This document shows, one piece after another, positions 9,902-20,392 of a stretch of 64,000 nt of DNA (position 1 is the first letter of the stretch; each line of letters opens with the position of its first letter). The DNA comes from Prochlorococcus sp. AG-409-L14. GTDB taxonomy: Bacteria > Cyanobacteriota > Cyanobacteriia > PCC-6307 > Cyanobiaceae. The notes beneath the pieces were generated by a model. That model had not been told where the DNA came from and ran no database searches. It saw nothing but the letters and a program-made list of their open reading frames with translations. The DNA lies in NCBI GenBank assembly GCA_003215545.1, contig QCKF01000002.1, forward strand, positions 14,276 to 78,275, read 5' to 3'. Both the position numbers and the translations under genes were made by a program.

Positions 9902-10984
9902 TTAGCTGTCTAAAAGTGCTTCTAGTATTTTTGACCCCATTTGAGAGCAACCTAGTTGAGTACTGGATTCCTCTCTGAAATCGCATGTTCTGTATCCAAT
10001 ATTCAAGACTTTTTCCACTGCCTGCTCTAAGGCTTCGCCAGCTTCCTTTTCATTAAGCCCAATTTTTAGCATCATCGCGGCAGAAAGAACCATTGCTATG
10101 GGATTTGCTTTGTCCATACCGGCTATGTCTGGCGCAGATCCATGAACGGGTTCGAATAAACCAGGACCTTTTTCACTTAGTGATGCAGAAGGCAGCATCC
10201 CAATCGAACCAGTCAGCATTGCAGCCTCATCACTAAGAATGTCTCCAAATAGATTGCTTGTAAGAATCACATCAAATTGACTTGGTTCTTTGACAAGCTG
10301 CATTGCTGCGTTATCTACATAGAGATGACTTAATTCAATTGTTTGATGGTTTTTTGCAATTACTTCAACCTGATCTCTCCAAAGTTGACTTACATCTAAT
10401 ACATTTGCTTTGTCAACAGAGCAGACTTTTCTTCTTCTTTTTTCTGCGACCTTAAAAGCTACTTTTGCAATTCTTTCTATTTCTTTTTCTGAGTAGGTCA
10501 TAGTATTAAAAGCTCTTGCTCCGTCTTCAGTGAATACTTTCCCCTTAGGTTGGCCAAAATAAATTCCTCCAGTCAATTCTCTTACAACCAAGAGATCTAC
10601 GTCCTTTATTACATTGGGTTTTAAGCTGCTTGCTTCTACTAAAGCTGGCCAGACTTTTACAGGTCTTAAGTTTGCAAAAAGATTTAGACCTGCCCTTAAC
10701 TCTAGAAGTCCAGTCTCAGGACGTTTTTCTCTTGGTAGATCATCAAAGATTGGGTCACCTATAGCTGCTAGGAGAACAGCATCACTTTCTTGGCATGCTT
10801 TTAAGGTTTTTGGCGGCAAAGGAGAACCTTCAGATTGAATTGCTTTTCCGCCAAAAAGCTGTTCTTGAAGTACTAGCTGAAATCCATGTTTTTGGCTTAC
10901 TGCTTCTAGCAATTTTTTTGTTACAGAGGTGATCTCAGGTCCGATTCCGTCACCTGGCAATAGAACTATTTGATGCTGTCGCAT
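9902..10984 (-). CDS. leuB: 3-isopropylmalate dehydrogenase
   Basis: LLPGDGIGPEI, RELTGGIYFG, NLFGDILSDEAAMLTGS(I)GMLPSAS and GSAPDIAG. Confidence 0.9.
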   Translation of the reverse strand: MRQHQIVLLPGDGIGPEITSVTKKLLEAVSQKHGFQLVLQEQLFGGKAIQSEGSPLPPKTLKACQESDAVLLAAIGDPIFDDLPREKRPETGLLELRAGLNLFANLRPVKVWPALVEASSLKPNVIKDVDLLVVRELTGGIYFGQPKGKVFTEDGARAFNTMTYSEKEIERIAKVAFKVAEKRRRKVCSVDKANVLDVSQLWRDQVEVIAKNHQTIELSHLYVDNAAMQLVKEPSQFDVILTSNLFGDILSDEAAMLTGSIGMLPSASLSEKGPGLFEPVHGSAPDIAGMDKANPIAMVLSAAMMLKIGLNEKEAGEALEQAVEKVLNIGYRTCDFREESSTQLGCSQMGSKILEALLDS

Positions 10985-11018
10985 TAGAAAGGAAGGAATT
11001 CTTGCATTTATTCAGAGA

Positions 11019-12062
11019 TTACTTAGATAGGTTCCTTTTTAGCTCTTTTAAGCTTTTAGCTATTTCTGGTAGTTGCTTGAAAGTGCTTGAACACCTAAGC
11101 CATAAGCGATTAGGGATGGCTGGGAATCCGCTTATAACTTGCCCCGGATCAATATCGGTGTGAATACCACATTTCGAGCTTGCCACTACATTTGACCCAA
11201 CCTTCACACGGTTAGCCACGCCTACTTGGCCAGCAAGGATCACGTTGTCTCCAATTTGAGCTCCGCCTGCAATGCCTACTTGAGAAGCCATTGCGCAGTT
11301 CTTGCCTGTTTTAACCCCATGACCAATTTGTACAAGGTTGTCTATTTTTGTTCCTTCTCCAATAATTGTTTTGCCAACAGCTGGTCTATCTACAGTTGTT
11401 CCAGATCCAATTTCAACTTCTTTTTCTAGTATGACAATACCGGTTTGAGGCATCTTTCGCCATCCATTTTTTGTAGGTACAAATCCAAATCCTTCTGAAC
11501 CGATAACACTATTAGAATGTATTATGCACTGATCTCCAATTATTGATTTTGGATGAATTACGCAGTTAGCATGTAACTCACTTGCCTCTCCGATTATTAC
11601 ATTGTCGTAAATCACTACTCCTGGGTGAATTATAGAATTTCTACCAATTTTTATATTATTACCAATTGAAACATTGGCTCCTATATATACATTACTTTGT
11701 ATTTCCACATCCAGACCAATAACTGCTGTTGGGTGTACTCCTTCCTTATACTTAACCTTTGGATATAGAAAATCAAGGCTTTCTGCAAAAGCTAATCTTG
11801 GATACTTAAAAACAGCCCAGGCAAGATTTCTCTTTTGAACTACTGATATTAGATCTTTATTATCTGGTAGTAAAATAGCATCGGCTTTAATTTGATTTAG
11901 TTTAAAGCCGAACTTGTTACCTTCTTCGAGAAAAGTGATTTGTTTTTTATGAGCCAGATCCAATGAGGCGGCACTATTAATCTCTGGATCTGATGCAATA
12001 TTATATTCCTGGAGTTCTGACAGGCCTAGCTTCAGGTTATTTATGAGTTCACTGAAAAGCAT
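11019..12062 (-). CDS. lpxD: UDP-3-O-acylglucosamine N-acyltransferase
   Basis: Left-handed beta-helix hexapeptide repeats throughout, with an LpxD-type N-terminal domain and size. Confidence 0.85.
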   Translation of the reverse strand: MLFSELINNLKLGLSELQEYNIASDPEINSAASLDLAHKKQITFLEEGNKFGFKLNQIKADAILLPDNKDLISVVQKRNLAWAVFKYPRLAFAESLDFLYPKVKYKEGVHPTAVIGLDVEIQSNVYIGANVSIGNNIKIGRNSIIHPGVVIYDNVIIGEASELHANCVIHPKSIIGDQCIIHSNSVIGSEGFGFVPTKNGWRKMPQTGIVILEKEVEIGSGTTVDRPAVGKTIIGEGTKIDNLVQIGHGVKTGKNCAMASQVGIAGGAQIGDNVILAGQVGVANRVKVGSNVVASSKCGIHTDIDPGQVISGFPAIPNRLWLRCSSTFKQLPEIAKSLKELKRNLSK

Positions 12063-12098
12063 AATTACAAGATTTTTAATCTTAGGTTGGAATTTTAC

Positions 12099-13193
12099 TT
12101 AGGTAAAAGTCTTACTGGTAATCACCAGAACATCACGATGAACAATAACTGGTGACTTATCAAAAGTTAATGGCTTTGACAAAGCATAACGAATATCTGC
12201 ACTACTCATTGAGCTCAATCCTCGAGCCAACTCTTCGCCATTTGTGTCGAGAATCTTTACAGGTTGATTGGCCTCAAAGTTTCCTTGAATCCCTTTTATT
12301 CCAACTAAAAGAAGAGAAGCACCTCTGTCTTTAATGGCGACACAAGCCCCATGGTCTAGTTCGAGGCTACCAAGAGGGTGTAAAGCGTGTGCCAACCAAC
12401 TTTTGCGATTCCCAAGAGGGATAGGACTTGGATGGAAGATAGTCCCTCCTCTTGAACCGTTAAGTATTTCTCCTAATGATTCAGGATTACGACCATCTGC
12501 TAACTGAACTGTTATTCCACTTTCAGTCGCAATCTTCGCTGCGGCTAACTTCGTTTTAATGCCACCTGTTCCCCAGTTACTATTTTGAGTGTTTTGTTGT
12601 TCAATATTTTTGATCTCACTAGCATTATGTACTTCGGTAATGGGTCTGGCTTCAGGATTATTTCTTGGGTCTGATGAATAGAGTTTGTCTACATCAGTTA
12701 GTAAAATTAATTGATCAGCATCTATTGCTATTGCTACTAATGCTGACAAAGTATCGTTATCCCCAAAGTTTAACTCTTCCGTTGATAAGGTATCGTTTTC
12801 ATTGACTATTGGAATAACATTCCATTCCAATAATTTTTTAAGGGTCATTGATGCATTCCTATAATTATTTCTAGTTTGGAGGTCAGATCTAGTAACAAGG
12901 ACTTGAGCTACGTTGTAATTGTATTTGCGTAGATTGGCTTCATATAGAGCAATTAGGTACCCTTGACCTACAGCAGCAGCAGCTTGAAGGTCAACTATAG
13001 ATTCAGGCCTATTTTTTTTTCCTAGTTGATAACATCCAAGACCAACCGCTCCACTGGTTACAAGGACAACCTGATCACCCTTGCTTTTTGAATCTGCAAT
13101 TGCTTCACTTAAATTTTCTATGACTTTTGTGGTAGATACTTCTTTCGAACCCCTGAGTAAACTAGTTCCTATTTTTATAACCCAAAGTGTCAT
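12099..13193 (-). CDS. proB: glutamate 5-kinase
   Basis: [22 protein letters not shown] and a C-terminal PUA domain. Its start overlaps the stop of the upstream gene by 4 nt (ATGA). Confidence 0.9.
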   Translation of the reverse strand: MTLWVIKIGTSLLRGSKEVSTTKVIENLSEAIADSKSKGDQVVLVTSGAVGLGCYQLGKKNRPESIVDLQAAAAVGQGYLIALYEANLRKYNYNVAQVLVTRSDLQTRNNYRNASMTLKKLLEWNVIPIVNENDTLSTEELNFGDNDTLSALVAIAIDADQLILLTDVDKLYSSDPRNNPEARPITEVHNASEIKNIEQQNTQNSNWGTGGIKTKLAAAKIATESGITVQLADGRNPESLGEILNGSRGGTIFHPSPIPLGNRKSWLAHALHPLGSLELDHGACVAIKDRGASLLLVGIKGIQGNFEANQPVKILDTNGEELARGLSSMSSADIRYALSKPLTFDKSPVIVHRDVLVITSKTFT

Positions 13194-13699
13194 AATATCT
13201 CGGCTCCAAGTAAGTTTGCGAGGGTCTTTTCTGCTTTTTGTAGGTATTGATTGTCTGTCTCATTTCCATTCTCTCCTATAGGTCTTACTAAAACTGTATA
13301 TAGCCCTAGTCTATTCCCTGCAAGTACATCAGTAAAAATCCTATCACCAATAATAGCTACTTCAGAAGGGCTTAAATTAAACTCATCAAGAAATTTATGC
13401 AATTTTTTTCTTCTAGGTTTTGCGGCAGAAAAAGTATAACTAAGTTTTAGGGCTTTTGCGACAGAACTTATTCTTATCCTTGATGGATTATTGCTTAAAA
13501 GATGAATTAAGAAGAAATTCTTTCCTTCTTTGATCCAGGTATCAATTGAGGGATGAATATCTAAGGATTTTCCGGGTAGAATTGTTTTATCTACATCTAA
13601 TAAAATAGCTTTTATTCCTTTGTCAGTTAAATACTTTATTGAAAGGTGTTGAATAGTCTTTTTCGGCTCCCAGTCAGGGGCTAGCCAATGTTGGCTCAT
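13190..13699 (-). CDS. YqeG-family HAD phosphatase
   Basis: LLDVDKT (DxD-like motif I) and [14 protein letters not shown] (motif IV). Start and stop overlap with both neighbours, which suggests translational coupling. Confidence 0.7.
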   Translation of the reverse strand: MSQHWLAPDWEPKKTIQHLSIKYLTDKGIKAILLDVDKTILPGKSLDIHPSIDTWIKEGKNFFLIHLLSNNPSRIRISSVAKALKLSYTFSAAKPRRKKLHKFLDEFNLSPSEVAIIGDRIFTDVLAGNRLGLYTVLVRPIGENGNETDNQYLQKAEKTLANLLGAEIL

Positions 13700-14244
13700 T
13701 AGATTGTTGACTCCCTTTCTTCTAGCTCACTTTCTATGAGTGGTTGGATTTCATCAAAATTTTCTCCTTCTACAAGCTGCGCAAGCCCATCATTGATTTC
13801 TGCAACTACGAAAAATGGGTCTAAAGGTATATACAGTCCATATTCTTCATCTTCAACTCGGAAACTTACTAAAAGTTCATAACTCTCAGAATCTTCGTCG
13901 ATATCATCATCATCTTCAAGTTCATCTGGATCTGGCTCATCTAGTTCCCCTGTAACTGTAAGCGTTACAGCTGATCTTATTAATGTTAAATCATGTTCCT
14001 GAAGGACTAGATCAGCAACCTCAAGGATGGGCTCACTAGTCGCAATTGTCTCAATGAGCTCAGGATCTCCTTCATCTTTAAGTCGAAATAGCGATACAGG
14101 GGTATCAACAGGTGTAAGTAGTCCATATTCTTTGCCATTTACTGGTATTAATTGTTCCAGAAAACAAAGTAGGGCAGAACCTTGGCTATCCCTAACGAGG
14201 ATGCTTGGTACTTCGGTTGTATTGCTTGAGCCTTTAGCAGACAT
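13699..14244 (-). CDS. conserved acidic protein (DUF3727/DUF1292-like)
   Basis: Strongly acidic, with an EEYGLYIPLDPFF motif. Its stop shares 1 nt with the start of the downstream yqeG-like gene. The family assignment is from memory. Confidence 0.45.
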   Translation of the reverse strand: MSAKGSSNTTEVPSILVRDSQGSALLCFLEQLIPVNGKEYGLLTPVDTPVSLFRLKDEGDPELIETIATSEPILEVADLVLQEHDLTLIRSAVTLTVTGELDEPDPDELEDDDDIDEDSESYELLVSFRVEDEEYGLYIPLDPFFVVAEINDGLAQLVEGENFDEIQPLIESELEERESTI

Positions 14245-14311
14245 GGTTGTTCCTTTTGCAAAAATTGGGATTCCAGATGATTAGTAGCTTGGGGTAATGA
14301 TTAAGAAGGGT

Positions 14312-14743
14312 TTAGACAAGTTTTGGTTCTGGCCCTTCTTGTAACCATTGATCAAGAAGCAAGGCAGCTGCAGCACTATCAAGTTGGCCAGTCCCATCTT
14401 TTTTGAGTTGGAATTTATGAGAAGCTGCCCAAGTGCTGCTGTGTTCGTTTACTAGAGCAATTGGCAAGTTAAGAGCTAAAGCTAGACGTTTGCCATATTT
14501 CTCACAATATTTAGCTTGAATTGTATTCATTCCATTTTCATCTAGAGGTATTCCAACTATTAGGCCTTTAGCATTTCTTGTTTGACAGTGAATCCTGACT
14601 TGCTCAAGATCTTGATCAAAGCTTCCTCTTCTTAGGGCTTTTAACGGTGTAATTGTTATGCCTAGAGGATCGCATCCAGCAAGCCCTACTCTTTTTCTTC
14701 CAACATCCAAACTTATTACTGATCTTGGCTTTGGTTTCTCCAT
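14312..14743 (-). CDS. ruvX: putative pre-16S rRNA nuclease / Holliday-junction resolvase-like YqgF
   Basis: ISLDVGRKRVGLAGCD N-terminus, GIPL, and DSAAAALLL near the C-terminus. Confidence 0.85.
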   Translation of the reverse strand: MEKPKPRSVISLDVGRKRVGLAGCDPLGITITPLKALRRGSFDQDLEQVRIHCQTRNAKGLIVGIPLDENGMNTIQAKYCEKYGKRLALALNLPIALVNEHSSTWAASHKFQLKKDGTGQLDSAAAALLLDQWLQEGPEPKLV

Positions 14744-14747
14744 TTAA

Positions 14748-15794
14748 CTAACGCGGTGGCAGAAGTGGTGTTGGTAGAGGAGGCTGCTGAGGATTTAGTC
14801 GACCAAGCATGCCTTCCAAGGAACGTTTACCTGGAATAAATTCTGTGTTTAATTTCCGTTTCCATAAGCTTCTGCCAAGTAAAATCTTTTCTCCTTTCTG
14901 TTCCCATCCAATACTATTGAGCAGATTATTAATTTCATTATCAATACTAGAAGTTGCAATTACTATTCTCCTAGATTTAGTTGTAAAATTATCTAAAATT
15001 ATCGGTATTATTTTTAATAGTCTTGAATCCAAAGCAACATCTCTAATAAACTCAAGTTCTTCAAAATTATTATATTTATAGTGGCATAGAAGTCCTGCAA
15101 TTGCTTTCTTAGTATTATTGCTTACTGAAATCAGTACCCCACTATTAGGAGATACCTCGTCAAGGAGATCTATCCACTGTCGATCAAGAATTTGCCTAAG
15201 GTGTATCGATTCTCCAGACTGTTCTAGTGACCAAAGAATTTGAGCGTTACTTCTTGTGATTGCTTGCCATTCGTGCTCTTTAGTTAGGGTTTTTCTGCTA
15301 ATCGATTCGTCGTTATTTTCACGTTGAATTTTCTCCCAGTTTTTTATAACTTTTAATGGTTGAAAACCTAATTCACGAGTTAAGGCAATTTGGTCAGTCT
15401 CGTTTGCCTCAAGCTTAATTATCCAACTTTGAGCTTTAGTATTTCTATGTTCAATTGCAGTTTTCAGTAGTCTTTTGTTTAAAGTTCTAATTGAGCAGTG
15501 TTTTGGATGTTCAAAAATTATTGGCGTAGTAAGTAGCCAGCATGTCGCACGACGGTTATTTGGTTTCACCTCTAATAATGCAATCGGCTTCTTGTCTTCT
15601 ATGGCCACTAAGCAAAAAGGATGTTTCGCAGGTAATAGGTCAGGGAGATTTTTTTCTGCAGTTGTAAGGAGGCTATAAAAGAGCATGGTTTGCAACCAAG
15701 GTAGATTTTTACCTGCCTTGCTATTTGAAAGGATTCGGAAGTGGTTTGGTTGCAGCAATTCCACGCGAAGGGGGCCGCTTGAGTCCTCGATCAC
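14748..15794 (-). CDS. conserved hypothetical protein, possibly a tandem GNAT-like fold
   Basis: Long ORF with no competing frame. Segments such as IALTRELGFQPLK and LLNSIGWEQKG resemble GNAT C-terminal strands. The assignment is weak. Confidence 0.35.
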   Translation of the reverse strand: MIEDSSGPLRVELLQPNHFRILSNSKAGKNLPWLQTMLFYSLLTTAEKNLPDLLPAKHPFCLVAIEDKKPIALLEVKPNNRRATCWLLTTPIIFEHPKHCSIRTLNKRLLKTAIEHRNTKAQSWIIKLEANETDQIALTRELGFQPLKVIKNWEKIQRENNDESISRKTLTKEHEWQAITRSNAQILWSLEQSGESIHLRQILDRQWIDLLDEVSPNSGVLISVSNNTKKAIAGLLCHYKYNNFEELEFIRDVALDSRLLKIIPIILDNFTTKSRRIVIATSSIDNEINNLLNSIGWEQKGEKILLGRSLWKRKLNTEFIPGKRSLEGMLGRLNPQQPPLPTPLLPPR

Positions 15795-15842
15795 GTTGTC
15801 TCGATGTTTATTACCTAAATCTATCTATAACTGAACAAACTG

Positions 15843-17024
15843 CTAGAGCTTTTTTGAAGGTCTGATTAAAACAAGAGGTGTTTGTTCGTTTGCATTTCCT
15901 GCTGGGTTAGATCGGAGTGATTTCTGGAGTATTGATCTATTGCAGCTCTTACTTGAAGCTAGTATTTTGACTTTACCTAGATCGTTCACATCTACAATCG
16001 CCACATGTATACCTAAGGAAGTGGATATTTCTTCGCAAATAATCTGAGTGCAAGTAGGGCCTAAAACTATTGTCTGATCATAAGGAGGTGTTGTACCAGT
16101 TATGTCGTCTATTAATCTTGCTTGCTCACCTGCAAGTCTATAAAAGATACCTTTTATGCGTATAAGCTTTAAGCTTCCTCCAACAATCCAAGCAAGAATT
16201 ACTCTTGTGGGACCTACAACATCAATCAAAGTTTGCATACCACACGCAGTAGCAAGGCTACTTGTAGGATGAAAGCCTCTACATATAACTTTTGATAGCC
16301 AGCTGGGATTTATGTTGCTTGGGTGAAGATAACGTCCTTGCATTATTGCCAAAGGTGTTTCGCCTATTGCAAGTATGTCACCATGTTCTTTGATGCCAGA
16401 TACGTAATGACTAACTACATCGACTACATTGTCTAATGTTCCAAGGAGATGAGTTTTGATTGGTATTAAACTATATTTAGTTTTCGGATCTAATTCTACC
16501 GTTTTTATAACTTTTGGTTTTTTAATAGGTATTACAAACTGATCTACTTTGTAAAGCTTCCCGAATGGACCATAGTTTTGCCATTTTATTTCAATGCTTA
16601 TGTTTTCTACAGGGATAGAAGTGGCTTCACTATAATCTTTATTTTTGAGGGTGATATTCACTTTTATGTTAGTTTTCTTTTTTGGCTTGACTATGTATGC
16701 AGCCCAATAGTTGTCTTGCCTTGCTTCTTCATCTTGATGAAATGGTGTAATAATGGTTTCAATATTAACGTCATCAATCTTACTTCTAGATAATAGCTTT
16801 GTAGTTATTTCAATATTCGGTACCATGACTTCCATAAGGTTATGAGGATTGCTTATTTCAAGCCAACCTTCTGTTTCAATATAAGTACTATTTTCATTAA
16901 CTTTCCACTCAAAGGGTTTCATTACTAGTGGGGAGTATGGCCTTGAATTATGTGTTAACTCAAAAATACCTAAAACTAGGACAATGGAAAAAAGAAAGAA
17001 AATAACTCCAGTCATAAAATTCAA
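15843..17024 (-). CDS. membrane-anchored protein with C-terminal CofE-like (F420-0:gamma-glutamyl ligase-like) domain
   Basis: N-terminal TM helix, then a beta-rich region of about 190 aa. The C-terminal half carries HGDILAIGETPLAIMQGRY and VDVNDLG, reminiscent of the CofE/FbiB N-terminal fold. Called from memory. Confidence 0.4.
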   Translation of the reverse strand: MNFMTGVIFFLFSIVLVLGIFELTHNSRPYSPLVMKPFEWKVNENSTYIETEGWLEISNPHNLMEVMVPNIEITTKLLSRSKIDDVNIETIITPFHQDEEARQDNYWAAYIVKPKKKTNIKVNITLKNKDYSEATSIPVENISIEIKWQNYGPFGKLYKVDQFVIPIKKPKVIKTVELDPKTKYSLIPIKTHLLGTLDNVVDVVSHYVSGIKEHGDILAIGETPLAIMQGRYLHPSNINPSWLSKVICRGFHPTSSLATACGMQTLIDVVGPTRVILAWIVGGSLKLIRIKGIFYRLAGEQARLIDDITGTTPPYDQTIVLGPTCTQIICEEISTSLGIHVAIVDVNDLGKVKILASSKSCNRSILQKSLRSNPAGNANEQTPLVLIRPSKKL

Positions 17025-17099
17025 TTTTTAATAAGATCTAGGGCTTGTGAGAAGTAGTAAAAGTTTTTCAAGATCTTGGCATTTTAAAAATTTGCTAAT

Positions 17100-17666
17100 T
17101 TATTTGTTGTATGGCCGTGGATCAGTATATCCATCTTTGGAAGGCTCGCTGCTGTATTCATTGAAGCTTTTGATAGTGATCGAAAAGGATGGTTCATCTA
17201 AACCTGTGGCCTTACTTATTGCCTTGTTAATGGTATCGACAGGTACAAGACCTTCTTCGTCTAGAACAACTTCACCATTGCCATCTATAACTACTATCTG
17301 TGGAATGTTGCCATGCCAGTAATAGGACTCATCTTTTGGATCTTTACTTAGATTATTTTGGAACTCATCTGTTGTTAAAGGTATTAAATCTATAGCTGAA
17401 CCCCACAAAAGCTTTATTCCAGAAACAACTGGAGCGAAAGCTTTGCTTGTTGAGCTGTCGTCAAGGTAAAAAACAATTACGCTAGCTCTATTGTTTTTTA
17501 ATGAGTCTGCAAGTTTTGCTGATGGAGGTACTAGTGAGCCATTACCTGCATAAATTGGAAATATATTCCCGTCATAGCTATTTGTTTCTCTAGCAGCTAC
17601 GACAGAAGAAGCAAACAAGAAAATTGTTAAACACAGGCTCAGGAGTCGCGTGAAGAGATGAGCCAT
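17100..17666 (-). CDS. secreted/lumenal thioredoxin-fold protein lacking CxxC (PSI-accumulation-factor-like)
   Basis: Signal peptide (LSLCLTIFLFASSVVAA). Thioredoxin-like strand pattern (VIVFYLDD...IPQIVVIDGNGEVV) with no redox cysteines. Confidence 0.45.
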   Translation of the reverse strand: MAHLFTRLLSLCLTIFLFASSVVAARETNSYDGNIFPIYAGNGSLVPPSAKLADSLKNNRASVIVFYLDDSSTSKAFAPVVSGIKLLWGSAIDLIPLTTDEFQNNLSKDPKDESYYWHGNIPQIVVIDGNGEVVLDEEGLVPVDTINKAISKATGLDEPSFSITIKSFNEYSSEPSKDGYTDPRPYNK

Positions 17667-17720
17667 TTGAAGAAAAAGAGGGATTGTGGATTTGTGGTGC
17701 CTCGGACACCTTTTATAAAA

Positions 17721-19391
17721 CTAGCTCCTACCAAGGCTTCTTCCCATGCCTTGTGCAATTCCTTTGCCTACGAGGCCTATCGCTCGGCCCACAACTTTTG
17801 TAAGGAAAACAACCATCAGGTCTCCAAAGTGTCTTACTAAAGACTGAAGTTGAGGTGATATTGCATCTCTAGCTTCAACAATAAGGGCAACTTGTTGCTG
17901 CCACCAGCCAAGTTGCCTTAGTTCTTCATCACGTGGCTCTGTAATTGAAACAGTTTTGATCAAACCGTTATTTAATATATAAAGAACTCTTTTGCTTTCA
18001 TAAAGATCTATGGGACGTTGAATATTGCTTATCCAACGATTGTGACTATTAAGCTGATTCCTTAATCTTTCAAGTTCTCTTGTAGAAATCAATTTCGATT
18101 TAAGAAGGTATCTTCTAAGTTCAGGCCACTCACTACATACACCTATAATTTCAGCAGCGATAAGCTCTGCTGTACGTACTAACCAATTATTAAAGTATTT
18201 CTCTAAATGAATTATTGCCCTTGGATCATCAGCAGGTAAAAGAAGTCCTTCTACAACAACAGGCTTATTAAGAACTAGAGGCTCTAGCATCATTTCTTCA
18301 GAGGGAAGTTCTTCATCTTTAGTTTCTAGATCTGAAAATTTAATTAATTGATCTATGACAGAATGACTCTCGCCTTTTAAAGACAATCTTAAGTAATTAC
18401 CGGCAATTTTTCTAAGTGATTCTTGTCTTAATTCTGATTGCAGTGAATTCCAGGATTCCTGAAGCATCTGATCTGTTACATTAGAATTAATGAGGTTTTT
18501 TAAGATTTTGTCTAATTGTTCGATAAGTGCTAGGAATAAATCTTTTTGGCGGGATGGATTCAAACCTTCTATGGCTAAAATTCCGCCACTTAAATTCTGA
18601 ATAGAAGGATTAACTGCCTTTTCTAGATTTCCCTTGATAAGTTGCCAAACTGCTAATGGGTTCCTTTCCTTGAGGCTTAGGCTTGTCCCGAACTTTTCTA
18701 TATTGCCTTCTGATTTGGTTTGCAAGGTTTTTCTATAGGTTTTAAGAGGTGATAAAGCAACTTGAGGTGGTCCCCATAGCCAGAAGAGTAGATTCTTTGC
18801 CGAATTTAACTCTCTTTTTCGACCTTTCGCTAAAGTTAGAAGTAATGGATTTGTAGAGGATTGTTGAAGGAATAAATCTAATGATTTTAGATCCTGATTT
18901 ATCTGCTGTATGCCTGTGATAAGTAACCATTGACCTATTCCCAGTGATATTTCATTTTCAGTTTCATTTAATGCTCCTTGGTCCTTGAGCTTGACAACAC
19001 GTCCTCCCTCTTTAAGAGTATTAATTGCGTCTATAAGTGTTCTCAGATCAGGATCTTGCAATAATCCTGGACTACTAAATCGTAGTAATTCATTTGTACT
19101 TAAACTGATTTGGGCGGGAAGTATTGCCAGTACTGGAGCTGGATCCCAATGGTCTTGGAGTCGCTTCAGTTCAAGTGCGATTGTATTAGGAACTTCAACA
19201 TTTTCTATAGACCAAATAACTAAGCATGGGTGCTCAGTTAATTTCTCACTGTTTAAAAAGACCTTTAATTTTTGGTCTGCATTATTTAGTTGGAACGCTA
19301 GTGACTCTCCAAGTAGATCTGGGGCCAGCAAGAGAATCTGGTTTGATGCTCTGTCTGCCAAGTTGGTCACCAATAAATTATGTAATCTCAA
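17721..19391 (-). CDS. conserved cyanobacterial protein: degenerate receiver-like N-terminus plus DUF3685-like C-terminal region
   Basis: A 556-aa ORF. The N-terminal about 120 aa has a CheY-like beta/alpha periodicity. The family name is from memory. Confidence 0.35.
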   Translation of the reverse strand: MRLHNLLVTNLADRASNQILLLAPDLLGESLAFQLNNADQKLKVFLNSEKLTEHPCLVIWSIENVEVPNTIALELKRLQDHWDPAPVLAILPAQISLSTNELLRFSSPGLLQDPDLRTLIDAINTLKEGGRVVKLKDQGALNETENEISLGIGQWLLITGIQQINQDLKSLDLFLQQSSTNPLLLTLAKGRKRELNSAKNLLFWLWGPPQVALSPLKTYRKTLQTKSEGNIEKFGTSLSLKERNPLAVWQLIKGNLEKAVNPSIQNLSGGILAIEGLNPSRQKDLFLALIEQLDKILKNLINSNVTDQMLQESWNSLQSELRQESLRKIAGNYLRLSLKGESHSVIDQLIKFSDLETKDEELPSEEMMLEPLVLNKPVVVEGLLLPADDPRAIIHLEKYFNNWLVRTAELIAAEIIGVCSEWPELRRYLLKSKLISTRELERLRNQLNSHNRWISNIQRPIDLYESKRVLYILNNGLIKTVSITEPRDEELRQLGWWQQQVALIVEARDAISPQLQSLVRHFGDLMVVFLTKVVGRAIGLVGKGIAQGMGRSLGRS

Positions 19392-19526
19392 GGTAACTAG
19401 GTTTTTGAGAATTCTCCAGTGCTAACTCTTGATTAATTAACTGGGGTTAAAGAATCTTTCTGCCATCTGTTAAAGGGACGAAGGCCTAAGAAAAGAACTT
19501 GCTTTAAAAATAAACTTTAAAAAAGT

Positions 19527-20294
19527 TTAGGCATATTGGTTCGAGCTATTAGGACCATCTGTCAAATCAGTGTTCTTCATTACTTTATTCGCTTCTTCTA
19601 GTTTGATTTTGCCATCGTATAGAGCTCTTCCTACGATAACGCCTTTGACGCCATAATCCTCGAGTGGGACTAGAGACAATAAATCTGCAATGCTACCTAT
19701 ACCCCCTGAGGCAATTATTGGGACATCACTAGCAAGTGCCATCTCCTTCATCGCAGATAGATTTGGTCCTGAAAGTGTTCCGTCGGTTGCAATGTCAGTG
19801 GCAATTATTGCTGCAATTTCTATACCTTTTAGGCTTTCCGCTAATTCAGTAGCATAAACATTGCTATTACTTTCCCACCCTCTAGTAGCGACTTTTCCGT
19901 CCTTTGCATCTATTCCAATTATTATTTTACCTGGAAATTTCTGAGCCAGAGTCTTAATTAATTTTGGTTGCTCGATGGCTGCTGTCCCAAGAATAACCTT
20001 ATCAAGCCCTAATCCCAAAAGGGTTTCCGCACGTTCCATTGTCCGAACCCCTCCACCTAGTTGTATTGGGATGCTTAATGACTCAACTATTGCTCTAATA
20101 TTTTTGTCGTTTATAGGCTTGCCAGTTCTAGCCGCGTCAAGATCTACAAGATGCAATCTAGTAGCGCCTTGCTTTTGCCAGGTAATAGCTTGATCAACAG
20201 GGTCTTGGTTGAATTGAGTGACTTTGTTGTAGTCACCTTGGTTTAGCCTGACACAACTTCCTTGTAGTAGATCAATTGCGGGGATAATTTCCAT
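19527..20294 (-). CDS. hisA: 1-(5-phosphoribosyl)-5-[(5-phosphoribosylamino)methylideneamino]imidazole-4-carboxamide isomerase
   Basis: IIPAIDLL, HLVDLDAA, GGGVR, ASGGI and GVIVGRALY. Confidence 0.9.
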   Translation of the reverse strand: MEIIPAIDLLQGSCVRLNQGDYNKVTQFNQDPVDQAITWQKQGATRLHLVDLDAARTGKPINDKNIRAIVESLSIPIQLGGGVRTMERAETLLGLGLDKVILGTAAIEQPKLIKTLAQKFPGKIIIGIDAKDGKVATRGWESNSNVYATELAESLKGIEIAAIIATDIATDGTLSGPNLSAMKEMALASDVPIIASGGIGSIADLLSLVPLEDYGVKGVIVGRALYDGKIKLEEANKVMKNTDLTDGPNSSNQYA

Positions 20295-20392
20295 AAGAGA
20301 AGTAAGGCTTTTTGAAAATTATTATCTTTATCATTACTACCTGTTATTTAATAAAAAGGGTTTGAATGGTAACCATTCCATGATTTAAGGCT

